A stretch of DNA of 50,145 bases from Polaromonas sp. (GTDB taxonomy: Bacteria > Pseudomonadota > Gammaproteobacteria > Burkholderiales > Burkholderiaceae_C). This document shows, piece by piece, positions 9,516 through 21,381 of the stretch (the stretch's first letter is position 1; every line of letters begins with the position of its first letter). The DNA is taken from assembly GCA_043769005.1 (NCBI GenBank), contig JAYVJV010000050.1, forward strand, positions 1 through 50,145, written 5' to 3'. Position numbers and translations under genes: made by a program. The notes under the pieces were generated by a model. That model saw nothing but the letters and a program-made list of their open reading frames with translations. It was not told where the DNA came from and did not search any database.

Positions 9516-10139
9516 ATGGCACAGCTATTTCAAGTCCACCCCGACAACCCGCAGCCGCGTTTACTCAAACAAGCCGTCGCCCTGCTGGGGCAAGGCGGCA
9601 TCGTGGCGGTGCCGACCGATTCGAGCTACGCCCTGGCCTGCCACCTGGACGACAAAGCCGCTGCCGACACCCTGCGCCGCATTCGCGGCGTAGACGACAA
9701 ACACCACCTCACCCTGCTGTGCCGCGACCTCAAAGAGCTGGCCACCTATGCGCGGGTAGACAACCACCAGTTTCGCCTGATCAAAGCGGGAACACCGGGG
9801 CCGTATACCTTCATACTGGAAGCCACCAAAGAGGTGCCGCGCCGCCTGAGCCACCCCAAACGCCTGACCATCGGCCTGCGCGTGCCTGGCCACCATACCT
9901 TGCAGGCGCTATTGGCACTGCATGGTGCGCCTTTGCTGGCAGCCACTTTGATCGCACCGGGTGAGACCGAGCCATTCAACGACTGCGAGGCCATCCGCGA
10001 GCGCTTTGAGCACCAGATAGCCGCCATCATCGACGCAGGGGCCTGCGCCAGCGAGCCCACCACGGTGGTAGATTTAACCGATAGCGAACCCGTGATAGTT
10101 CGCCTGGGTCGCGGCGACCCGGCAAAGCTGGGCCTGTAG
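9516..10139 (+). CDS. Sua5/YciO/YrdC/TsaC-family (threonylcarbamoyl-AMP synthase-like) protein
   Basis: LLGQGGIVAVPTDSSYALAC, DDKHHLTLLCRD and GPYTFIL. I chose the internal ATG 9516 to avoid overlap with the transporter. Confidence 0.8.
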   Translation: MAQLFQVHPDNPQPRLLKQAVALLGQGGIVAVPTDSSYALACHLDDKAAADTLRRIRGVDDKHHLTLLCRDLKELATYARVDNHQFRLIKAGTPGPYTFILEATKEVPRRLSHPKRLTIGLRVPGHHTLQALLALHGAPLLAATLIAPGETEPFNDCEAIRERFEHQIAAIIDAGACASEPTTVVDLTDSEPVIVRLGRGDPAKLGL

Positions 10140-10236
10140 CGCAGCTTGGCGCGCCGAGCTGTGCGGTGCAAAAAAACCGCTATCAAAAAGCCAAAATCTT
10201 TTGTAGCAAGACAGCCGAGTCTGAGACAATCAGACT

Positions 10237-10905
10237 ATGGACATTTCCAACCTGATTCAAACCGTACTCATTTACGCCCTGCCCGTGATCTTTGCCATCA
10301 CGGTTCACGAGGCGGCCCACGGCTACGCGGCCCGGCACTTTGGCGACAACACGGCCTATTCGCTCGGGCGCATCACACTCAATCCGCTCAAGCATATTGA
10401 CCCGGTGGGCACCATCGCCATGCCTTTGCTGCTGTACTTTGCAACGGCGGGTACGTTTTTGTTTGGCTACGCTAAGCCCGTGCCAGTACGTTTTGGCAAC
10501 CTGCGCAATCCCAAGCGCGACATGGTGTGGGTGGCATTGGCGGGTCCCGCCGTCAACCTGCTGCAAGCCTTGATTTGGGGGGTGCTGCTGTATCTGGTGA
10601 TGGGTGTGCAGCTCAATGAACGCTTTTTTATTGAGATGTGCAAAGCGGGCATGTTGGTCAATGTGGTGATGTTTGTGTTTAACCTGTTCCCGCTGCCGCC
10701 CTTGGACGGAGGCCGCATTCTGGTGGGCTTGCTGCCCTACCGCCAGGCCGAGCTGGTTTCGCGCATAGAGCCCTATGGATTTTTTGTGGTGATGGGGCTG
10801 GTGATCGCGGGTGTGCTGGGCAGCATCTGGATGCGCCCCCTGATGAACCTGACCTACGGGTTCATTGACCTGGTGCTGACCCCCTTGGGCTTTTTGGTGA
10901 AGTAG
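10237..10905 (+). CDS. Site-2 protease (peptidase M50) family membrane protein
   Basis: HEAAHGYAA zinc motif, multiple TM helices, and FNLFPLPPLDGG. Confidence 0.85.
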   Translation: MDISNLIQTVLIYALPVIFAITVHEAAHGYAARHFGDNTAYSLGRITLNPLKHIDPVGTIAMPLLLYFATAGTFLFGYAKPVPVRFGNLRNPKRDMVWVALAGPAVNLLQALIWGVLLYLVMGVQLNERFFIEMCKAGMLVNVVMFVFNLFPLPPLDGGRILVGLLPYRQAELVSRIEPYGFFVVMGLVIAGVLGSIWMRPLMNLTYGFIDLVLTPLGFLVK

Positions 10906-10906
10906 T

Positions 10907-12112
10907 ATGAGCGACGAGAAAAAACGCGTTTTATCTGGCATGCGCCCCACGGGCGCACTGCACCTGGGCCACTACCATGGCGCGCTGAAAAACTGGGTGC
11001 GTTTGCAGTCCGAGATGGAGTGCTTTTTCTTCGTGGCCGACTGGCACGCCCTCACCACCCATTACGACAACCGCGAGATCATCGAGCAAAACGTCTATGA
11101 AATGGTGATCGACTGGCTGGCCGCCGGGCTCGACCCTAACCAATGCACCATCTTTTTGCAAAGCCGCATGCCCGAACATGCCGAGCTGTTTACCCTGCTG
11201 GCCATGGGCACACCGCTGAGCTGGCTGGAGCGCGTGCCCACCTACAAAGACCAGCAAATCCAGCTCAAAGACAAAGACCTGTCTACCTATGGCTTTTTAG
11301 GTTACCCACTGCTGCAAGCGGCCGATATTTTGATGTACCGCGCGCACTTCGTGCCCGTAGGTGAAGACCAGGCCAGCCATGTGGAGCTGACGCGCGAGAC
11401 CGCACGCCGCTTTAACGACCTGTATGGCCGCCGGAACAACGATGCAGAGCGCGTCACCGCGCTGCTAGCCACCTGGCCCAAGGAAGATGCGCGCTACTTG
11501 AGTAGCATGGCCAAAAAACGCAAGGAACTGGGCGACGAGTCCATGCTGCAAAAACTACCCGGTTTTTTGGCCAAGTTTCCAGATTTAAGCGCCGACCAGC
11601 ACGCCCTGCTGACCTCGTTTGTGAGCGGCAAAGGCAAGGCCGTACTGGTAGAGCCGCAGGTGCTGCTGACCAACGCCAGCAAGCTGCCCGGCCTGGATGG
11701 CCGCAAAATGAGCAAAAGCTACGGCAACGGCATTGCTATGCGCGAAGAAGCCACCAGCATCGAGAAAAAAATCCGTGAAATGCCCACCGACCCAGCCCGC
11801 GTCAAACGCACCGACAAAGGCGACCCCGCCAAGTGCCCGGTGTGGCAGTTTCACCTGGTGTACTCCGACGATGTCCGCAAGCAATGGGTCACCGAGGGCT
11901 GCACTACTGCTGGCATCGGCTGCATTGAGTGCAAAAAGACCATCAGCGACTCGATACTGCAAGAGCAGCAGCCTATGCTTGCGCGGGCAAAACCTTACGT
12001 AGATAATCCAAAGGTTGTACGGGAAATTGTGGACGCAGGCTGCGCCCGCGCCAAGCGTTTTGCACAAGAAACGATGTATCATGTCAGAGAGGCAGTCGGC
12101 GTGAACTATTAG
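10907..12112 (+). CDS. trpS: Tryptophan--tRNA ligase (long betaproteobacterial form)
   Basis: Class I HIGH-type motif GALHLGHYHG and KMSKS present. Confidence 0.9.
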   Translation: MSDEKKRVLSGMRPTGALHLGHYHGALKNWVRLQSEMECFFFVADWHALTTHYDNREIIEQNVYEMVIDWLAAGLDPNQCTIFLQSRMPEHAELFTLLAMGTPLSWLERVPTYKDQQIQLKDKDLSTYGFLGYPLLQAADILMYRAHFVPVGEDQASHVELTRETARRFNDLYGRRNNDAERVTALLATWPKEDARYLSSMAKKRKELGDESMLQKLPGFLAKFPDLSADQHALLTSFVSGKGKAVLVEPQVLLTNASKLPGLDGRKMSKSYGNGIAMREEATSIEKKIREMPTDPARVKRTDKGDPAKCPVWQFHLVYSDDVRKQWVTEGCTTAGIGCIECKKTISDSILQEQQPMLARAKPYVDNPKVVREIVDAGCARAKRFAQETMYHVREAVGVNY

Positions 12113-12199
12113 ACATAAATGCATAAAATATTACAAAATATACTAATGCTTTCATTGCCACACTGAACCTTACGTTTCGCTCTAACTTTAAAAACAATC

Positions 12200-12787
12200 A
12201 TGTTAATTTTTGTTGTCGACGATCATCCCCTCATGCGCGAAGCCGTTGTGATGCTGTTTCGGCGTATCAAGTCAGCCTGTACCATCATAGAAATGGATCG
12301 TGTAGGTGCTATTGCGCAAAACGTTGTCACGCATGGCAACCCTGAACTGATCTGTCTTGACCTGAAACTGCCCGATACCCATGGCGTATCAGGTGTGCGC
12401 GAGGTGCGTGCGGCTTTTCCCACCACGCCTATCGTGGTTTTATCAGCTTCTCCAGCCAGTGACTACGAAGACCTAGCGTTAGAGGCTGGTGCTGATCTGT
12501 ACCTGGAAAAATCTGCCGGAGCAACCCATCTTTCACAATCATTGCGTGCTTTGGTTACGCCCGAAAGTGATTTTGGCGAAGGACCCGCTGAGACAGAAAA
12601 GCTCTCCAAACGCCAAAAGCAGCTACTCAAACTGCTAGACGATGGCCTGTCCAACCGCGATATCGCCGAGCAACTGGGCATCAGCGAGCACACCGTCAAG
12701 GTACACCTGTGGCGCTTGTTCCGACGCCTGGATGTCAAAAGCCGTACCCAGGCCACCTTTTGGGCGCGCAGCCACGGTATTGTTTAA
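12200..12787 (+). CDS. LuxR/NarL-family response regulator
   Basis: Receiver domain (VVDDHPL...LDLKLPD) plus a C-terminal LuxR helix-turn-helix (LSKRQKQLL...ISEHTVKVHL). Lies in a low-GC segment. Confidence 0.85.
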   Translation: MLIFVVDDHPLMREAVVMLFRRIKSACTIIEMDRVGAIAQNVVTHGNPELICLDLKLPDTHGVSGVREVRAAFPTTPIVVLSASPASDYEDLALEAGADLYLEKSAGATHLSQSLRALVTPESDFGEGPAETEKLSKRQKQLLKLLDDGLSNRDIAEQLGISEHTVKVHLWRLFRRLDVKSRTQATFWARSHGIV

Positions 12788-12807
12788 TCTGTACCCGCAA
12801 GTGCAGG

Positions 12808-14238
12808 CTACTTCGGTACACTTTGGATATCTGACAACAGCAATTCCAACCTCATGCGTGTGCCTACCCCTAGGCGCGACCGCAAGCTGACCCGATGGCC
12901 CAGTACATCCGCCAGGCGTTGCACAATAGCTAACCCCAAGCCAAAACCATCCTCAGTGCCCTGATGGTGTGACGCTTTATAAAACTCCTGAAACACATTG
13001 GTATGGTGTTCTGGAGCAATGCCCTGGCCGGTATCCCACACTTCGATCCATAAGCGGTCAGATCGAATTCTGGTGCTGAGTAACACGCCACCCCTATCGG
13101 TATAGCGGATGGCATTGGCCAGCAAATTAGCCACAATACGGCGGATGAGCAAGGCATCTGTCCACACATACGCAGCAGTAATGCGCTGCCTGAACTCCAA
13201 TCGTTTGCCCGTGGCGGCGGGATTGAATTGCACAGACATGTCATTGATCAATTGGCACACGGCGATCGATTCGAACTTGGGTTGCACGGTACCCGCCTGT
13301 ATTTTGGCAAAATCAAACAGGCTATTAAATAGCGAATTGACAGAATCTGTTGCAGCTAAAATTTTGGGTATTACTTCACTGGCCAGTGCAGGCTCACCAC
13401 GCAACCAGTCAGCATAAAAGGCCAGCGCACTGACCGGTTGGCGTAAATCGTGCGCCGCATTGGCCAACATGCGGTCTTTAATTTTGACAGCGTAGAGCGC
13501 CAGCTCCGTTTTTTCACGCAAGTTGGTAATCAACTGCTCATTGTCGTATTGCAAAGCATAACCATGGCGCTGTACCGCATGCAGACGGGAACCCGCGATA
13601 CGCAATAAACCCCAAAAAATCGCAATGAGTAACAAGATGGCAGCGTCATGCAAATTCGAGGAATTGGAAAAATAACCATACAAAACCGCCGTAAAAAACA
13701 TCCCATAACAGACGTCAATATGGGATTGAAAAATATCCAGGCGCGCAGAAAACAGTATCATCGAAAAGGCCCCAATGCCTAACAGTATGAGCATGCAAAT
13801 GAACTGATTTTCTAACGGCACCTTGCCGTAGTAGATAAAGACCAAAGCTCCCCACAAAAAAGCATTCCCAATCCAATACCAACGCGCGATACGAAAAAAC
13901 TCCAACAAAGGCTGGGGCGCTACAGCCATTTTTCGTGATCGGTATTGATCGATAGCGGATTGACGCAGCACTGTCGCAATCACGATTAAAGTCACCCACG
14001 AGGCCAATAATGCGGTTGGCACATGGCTATAGAGCATGCCCACCACAACAGCTATAGCAATCAACAAACCCCAAACACCCGATTGGGAATTGGCGATAAA
14101 AGTGCGCGTCAGCCGCTCTTCAATCCAAATGCGTTTTTCATCGCTTTCAGCCTCTTTTTGAGCTGACAGTCCTCGGCGCACTGCCGCATCGGGCATAAAA
14201 CTGGAGTCAAATTCTGGCGTACGGGATGGGCTTGACAT
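12808..14238 (-). CDS. Multi-pass membrane sensor histidine kinase
   Basis: About 6-7 N-terminal TM helices. H-box AHDLRQPVSAL, N-box LLANAIRYT, G1 VWDTGQGI, G2 GLGLAIV. Low GC. Confidence 0.85.
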   Translation of the reverse strand: MSSPSRTPEFDSSFMPDAAVRRGLSAQKEAESDEKRIWIEERLTRTFIANSQSGVWGLLIAIAVVVGMLYSHVPTALLASWVTLIVIATVLRQSAIDQYRSRKMAVAPQPLLEFFRIARWYWIGNAFLWGALVFIYYGKVPLENQFICMLILLGIGAFSMILFSARLDIFQSHIDVCYGMFFTAVLYGYFSNSSNLHDAAILLLIAIFWGLLRIAGSRLHAVQRHGYALQYDNEQLITNLREKTELALYAVKIKDRMLANAAHDLRQPVSALAFYADWLRGEPALASEVIPKILAATDSVNSLFNSLFDFAKIQAGTVQPKFESIAVCQLINDMSVQFNPAATGKRLEFRQRITAAYVWTDALLIRRIVANLLANAIRYTDRGGVLLSTRIRSDRLWIEVWDTGQGIAPEHHTNVFQEFYKASHHQGTEDGFGLGLAIVQRLADVLGHRVSLRSRLGVGTRMRLELLLSDIQSVPK

Positions 14239-14371
14239 ACCAAGAGTCTAACGCCTGGAGTCCAGGCCAGGGGAAGCATAAGGACAGGAGTATCCGACGT
14301 TCACAGAGTCACCGGGATAAGGTCGTTGCAAATAATCCGATACCCCTGCTGACTTTTTTTCGACACCAAAG

Positions 14372-14406
14372 AAAAAACCTTACGATATATTTTTAATAGC
14401 GTAAGG
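14372..14406 (-). terminator. Hairpin plus T-run downstream of tRNA-Ser
   Basis: On the minus strand: CCTTACG, 15-nt loop, CGTAAGG, then TTTTTTC. Confidence 0.55.
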
Positions 14407-14414
14407 CTTCGGTC

Positions 14415-14504
<90 letters not shown>

Positions 14505-14587
14505 GTGATGCTTCGTTTTGTCGAAGCACGTATTTTAGCAGGCTAGCGGGCTGAGTCGGCTCCATGTGCCCGGCCAGCGGTCGATTT

Positions 14588-15970
<1,383 letters not shown>

Positions 15971-15990
15971 CTAAGGGTATATCAACCCAC

Positions 15991-17925
15991 TCACACCTGC
16001 TCTTTGACCGCCGCTGGGGACGGATTCACAGCCACGGGCGCACTGCCCAAGCCACCGTCACCACCGGCTGGCGGCACACGGGGTGTCCAGTCTTTGGGCG
16101 CGCTGGGTGGGCGGCCAGCCATGATGTCATCGAGCTGGCTCATGTCGATGGTTTCCCATTCGAGCAGGGCCTTTGCCATGGCATGCATTTTGTCGCTGTT
16201 GTCTTCGATCAGCTTGCGGGCTTGGGCGTACTGGGTGTCAATAATTTTACGCACCTCTACGTCTACCATTTGCATGGTGTGCTCGCTCATGCTGGTGGTT
16301 TTGGTGACGCTGCGGCCCAAAAAGACTTCGCCTTCGTTCTCGGCGTAGACCATGGGGCCGAGCGCGTCGGTCATGCCATAGCGCATGACCATGTCGCGGG
16401 CCAAGCTAGTGGCGCGCTCAAAGTCGTTGCTTGCCCCGGTGGTCATTTGCTTCATGAACACTTCTTCGGCAATGCGGCCACCAAAGAGCATGGCAATCTG
16501 GTTGAGCATGAACTCTTTGTCGTAGCTGTAGCGGTCTTGCGCGGGCAGGCTCATGGTCACGCCCAGGGCGCGGCCACGGGGGATGATGGTGACCTTGTGC
16601 ACTGGGTCGCACTTGGGCAGCAGGCGACCTATCAGGGCGTGGCCACTCTCATGGTAGGCGGTGTTACGGCGCTCTTCTTCGGGCATGACCATGCTTTTAC
16701 GCTCGGGGCCCATCAAAATTTTGTCTTTGGCTTTTTCAAAGTCTTGCATCTCCACCACGCGTGCGTTGCGGCGGGCGGCCATCAGGGCGGCTTCGTTGCA
16801 CAGGTTGGCCAGGTCGGCACCGCTCATGCCGGGTGTGCCACGGGCGATCACGTTGGGGCTCACGTCTTGGCCCAGCGGCACTTTACGCATGTGCACACCC
16901 AAGATCTGCTCACGGCCACGGATGTCGGGCAGCGTCACATACACCTGGCGGTCAAAACGGCCTGGGCGCAAAAGGGCGGCATCCAAAATGTCGGGGCGAT
17001 TGGTAGCGGCGACGACGATCACGCCGACATTGGTTTCAAAGCCGTCCATCTCCACCAGCATTTGGTTGAGTGTTTGCTCGCGTTCGTCATTGCCACCGCC
17101 CAGGCCTGCGCCGCGTTGGCGGCCTACTGCGTCAATTTCGTCAATGAAGATGATGCAAGGTGCATTCTTTTTGGCGTTATCAAACATGTCGCGCACGCGC
17201 GACGCACCCACGCCGACAAACATTTCTACAAAGTCTGAGCCGCTGATGCTGAAGAATGGCACCTTGGCCTCGCCAGCAATCGACTTGGCCAACAGCGTTT
17301 TACCCGTACCGGGTGGGCCGACCAGCAGCAGACCGCGCGGTATGCGCCCGCCCAGCTTTTGGAACTTGGCTGGGTCTTTCAAAAAGTCCACCACTTCTTT
17401 CACTTCTTCTTTGGCCTCGTCGCAGCCTGCTACGTCGGCAAAGGTGACGGTGTTGGTGTTTTCGTCCAGCAAGCGCGCCTTGGACTTGCCGAAGCTGAAT
17501 GCCCCGCCCTTGCCGCCGCCTTGCATTTGACGCATGAAGTACACCCACACGCCAATCAGCAACAGCATGGGGCCCCAGCTGATGAGGATGGTGGTGAGCA
17601 AAGAGGCCTCTTCGCGTGCCTTCACATCAAACTTCACACCGTTGTTAATCAGGTCGCCCACCAGGCCGCGATCGAGGTAGGTGGCATTGGTGCGCACCTT
17701 GGTGTCATCTTGCTTGAGCGCGGAAATCTCGGTGCCGCCCTGCCCTTCGGCAATGGTGACCTGCTTGATTTGTTTGGAGCGCACCATGTCCAGAAACTCA
17801 GAGTAACCGACAAAGCCAGATTGCCCCGCCCCACCCTTGGTCTCAAACTGCTTGAACACGGTGAATAGCACCAGTGCAATGACGAGCCATACCGCGACTT
17901 TAGAAAACCATTGGTTATTGTTCAA
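15991..17925 (-). CDS. ftsH: ATP-dependent zinc metalloprotease FtsH
   Basis: Two N-terminal TM helices, Walker A GPPGTGKT, second region of homology, and zinc motif HESGHAL. TTG start with GGAG 8 nt upstream. Confidence 0.95.
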   Translation of the reverse strand: MNNNQWFSKVAVWLVIALVLFTVFKQFETKGGAGQSGFVGYSEFLDMVRSKQIKQVTIAEGQGGTEISALKQDDTKVRTNATYLDRGLVGDLINNGVKFDVKAREEASLLTTILISWGPMLLLIGVWVYFMRQMQGGGKGGAFSFGKSKARLLDENTNTVTFADVAGCDEAKEEVKEVVDFLKDPAKFQKLGGRIPRGLLLVGPPGTGKTLLAKSIAGEAKVPFFSISGSDFVEMFVGVGASRVRDMFDNAKKNAPCIIFIDEIDAVGRQRGAGLGGGNDEREQTLNQMLVEMDGFETNVGVIVVAATNRPDILDAALLRPGRFDRQVYVTLPDIRGREQILGVHMRKVPLGQDVSPNVIARGTPGMSGADLANLCNEAALMAARRNARVVEMQDFEKAKDKILMGPERKSMVMPEEERRNTAYHESGHALIGRLLPKCDPVHKVTIIPRGRALGVTMSLPAQDRYSYDKEFMLNQIAMLFGGRIAEEVFMKQMTTGASNDFERATSLARDMVMRYGMTDALGPMVYAENEGEVFLGRSVTKTTSMSEHTMQMVDVEVRKIIDTQYAQARKLIEDNSDKMHAMAKALLEWETIDMSQLDDIMAGRPPSAPKDWTPRVPPAGGDGGLGSAPVAVNPSPAAVKEQV

Positions 17926-18040
17926 AACAAACGCTCCATGGGCAAAATGCCCTCTGTAGATTCAGATGTGCCCCATTTTAGGCTTTTCAAGACCATGTTT
18001 CCGGGATTATCTAGGTAACTAGTTGGTTCAAAGGGCTATA

Positions 18041-18565
18041 TCAAACCTTCCACTTCTCCATCAGTTTGTCGGGCGTGAGGTTGTCGTAGCCTTCAAAGGG
18101 CTGGTGAATCCATGGGTTAGTGGGCAAAAAATCTACCGAATAGTCGGCCACGAAGGCAGATACGCCTTTGGTCCAGATCACCGCTGTGCGCAGCTCGGTG
18201 ATGGGTTTGTAGTTATCGCGCAGCATATCTACCACGGCTTTCAGGGTGTGGCCCGTGTCGGCCAGGTCGTCCACCAGCAGCACTTTGCCAGCGATCTCGC
18301 CCTTGGGGGTGGTGATGTAACGGGCGATGTCCAGGTTGCCTTGCACCGTGCCGGCTTCGGCGCGGTACGAGCTGGTGGACATGATGGCCAGGGGCTTGTT
18401 GAAGATGCGCGAGAGGATGTCACCGGGGCGCATGCCACCGCGTGCCAGGCACAGGATGGTGTCAAACTGCCAGCCGGACTGGTGCACTTTGATGGCCAGT
18501 TTTTCGGTCAGGTTGTGGTATTCGTCGTAACTGACGTAGAGGTGTTTGCCGTCTTCGGTGAGCAT
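18041..18565 (-). CDS. Phosphoribosyltransferase-family protein (purine PRTase-like)
   Basis: PRPP-binding motif VLLVDDLADTGHT. 174 aa. Confidence 0.7.
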   Translation of the reverse strand: MLTEDGKHLYVSYDEYHNLTEKLAIKVHQSGWQFDTILCLARGGMRPGDILSRIFNKPLAIMSTSSYRAEAGTVQGNLDIARYITTPKGEIAGKVLLVDDLADTGHTLKAVVDMLRDNYKPITELRTAVIWTKGVSAFVADYSVDFLPTNPWIHQPFEGYDNLTPDKLMEKWKV

Positions 18566-18626
18566 GTAGGGGCCTTAGATTGAAATGATTGGAAGATAAT
18601 TGGACGAAAAAGTGGAAGAACAAGTT

Positions 18627-18680
18627 GCTATAAAAAAATGAGCTGCTTACACTATATTTTAAAGGGCTGCAGCCCTATTT
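18627..18680 (+). repeat. Family A short dispersed repeat, copy A2 (intergenic)
   Basis: GCTATAAAAAAATGAGCTGCTTACACTATATTTTAAAGGGCTGCAGCCCTATTT. By hand count, 37 of the first 48 positions match copy A5. Confidence 0.8.
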
Positions 18681-18690
18681 GACCATCAAA

Positions 18691-20082
<1,392 letters not shown>

Positions 20083-21255
20083 TTAAATGGCTTGCACGAC
20101 CCACTGCCCGGCGGCTTCCACCAGGGCGCGGTCACAGGTAAATTCTTGTACTTCGTGCTCGTGGCCGGGCAGTACGCACACCACGGTCTCGCCGCGTGCA
20201 CGCAGGCCTTGCACTGCCGCGCGCAGGGCAGCGCCCTCGCCCCACGGTGCGCGGATAGCGGCCTTGAGCGGCCTGGCAGGCAGTACACCCACCAGTTCCT
20301 TCACGTCCAGGCTAAAGCCCACCGCCGGGCGGTTGCGGCCAAACACCGAGCCCACCTCGTCGTAGCGGCCCCCGCGCACCAATGCGTCGGCCAGCTTGTG
20401 ATGGGCACCAGGGGTGTACACGGCAAAGCGCACACCCGTGTAGTAGGCGTAACCGCGCGAGTCGGCCAAATCAAAACTGACCTTTACCTGCGGCTGGGCA
20501 GCCTGCACACGGCCTGCCAGTTGCTTCAAATTTGATAGCTGCTTACGCATGTTTTCATTGGGCTGGAAGGCTTTTTCTGCCTTTACCAGCACCGTCTCGT
20601 CACCATACAGCTGCACCAGCGTGGCCAGGCCGTTGCGGCTGGCTGCGGGAAAGCTGGCGGTCAGCTCTGCCAGCGTGGCAGCATCTTTGGCCGCCAGCGC
20701 AGCGTGCACGGCATCTAGCTGGGCTGGGCTGGCCTGCACGCCAGCGAGCAGGCTGCGCACCAAGCGTGCATCGGCCAGATCGACGGTAATGTCTTTCACA
20801 CCTGCGCTGTGCAGACAGTCAATGGCCAGCAGCAGCACTTCCAGGTCAGCCTCAGTGCCTGCGTGGCCAAACATTTCTGCACCAAACTGCAAGGGCTCGC
20901 GCGTGGCGTGCGGCCTGGCAGGCGCGGTGTGCAGCACCGGGCCGCAGTAGCACAGGCGGGCCACGCCGCTGCGGTTGAGCAAGTGTGCATCTATGCGCGC
21001 CACCTGGGGCGTGGTGTCAGCGCGCAGGCCCATGGTGCGGCCCGAAAGCTGGTCTACCAGCTTGAAGGTTTGCAAGTCCAGCGCCTCGCCGGTGCCAGTG
21101 AGCAGGGATTCGAGATATTCCAGTTGCGGCGGCATCACCAGCTCGTAGCCGTAGCTGCGGGCGGTGTCTAGCAACTGGCGGCGCAGTTCTTCGATGTGCC
21201 GCGCCTCAGAGGGCAAAACATCGGCAATATGGTCGGGCAGTACCCAGGCGGACAT
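20083..21255 (-). CDS. hisZ: ATP phosphoribosyltransferase regulatory subunit
   Basis: Class II aaRS-like paralogue. The N-terminus [16 protein letters not shown] is typical of HisZ. Start set at ATG 21255. Confidence 0.85.
   Translation of the reverse strand: MSAWVLPDHIADVLPSEARHIEELRRQLLDTARSYGYELVMPPQLEYLESLLTGTGEALDLQTFKLVDQLSGRTMGLRADTTPQVARIDAHLLNRSGVARLCYCGPVLHTAPARPHATREPLQFGAEMFGHAGTEADLEVLLLAIDCLHSAGVKDITVDLADARLVRSLLAGVQASPAQLDAVHAALAAKDAATLAELTASFPAASRNGLATLVQLYGDETVLVKAEKAFQPNENMRKQLSNLKQLAGRVQAAQPQVKVSFDLADSRGYAYYTGVRFAVYTPGAHHKLADALVRGGRYDEVGSVFGRNRPAVGFSLDVKELVGVLPARPLKAAIRAPWGEGAALRAAVQGLRARGETVVCVLPGHEHEVQEFTCDRALVEAAGQWVVQAI
20521..20571 (+). repeat. Family A short dispersed repeat, copy A3 (inside hisZ)
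   Basis: TTGCTTCAAATTTGATAGCTGCTTACGCATGTTTTCATTGGGCTGGAAGGC. Read on the minus strand as [16 protein letters not shown]. Confidence 0.7.
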
Positions 21256-21381
21256 GGAGGGTGGGCGCTGGGGAAAGCGCAAGGACGGTTAAAGGGTTTA
21301 TTTTACCGGGCTTCAGACTCGGAAATGAATTTTCCTGACGGCTTTTTGCTCCGCTGTGCGGTTTGCCTGACAATCACGGCT

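Noticed and set aside
21196-21381. N-terminal extension of the 905-aa histidine kinase ORF, which overlaps the hisZ start.
   Set aside because: The extension overlaps hisZ on the opposite strand and has no membrane or signal features. ATG 21382 directly precedes the first TM region.
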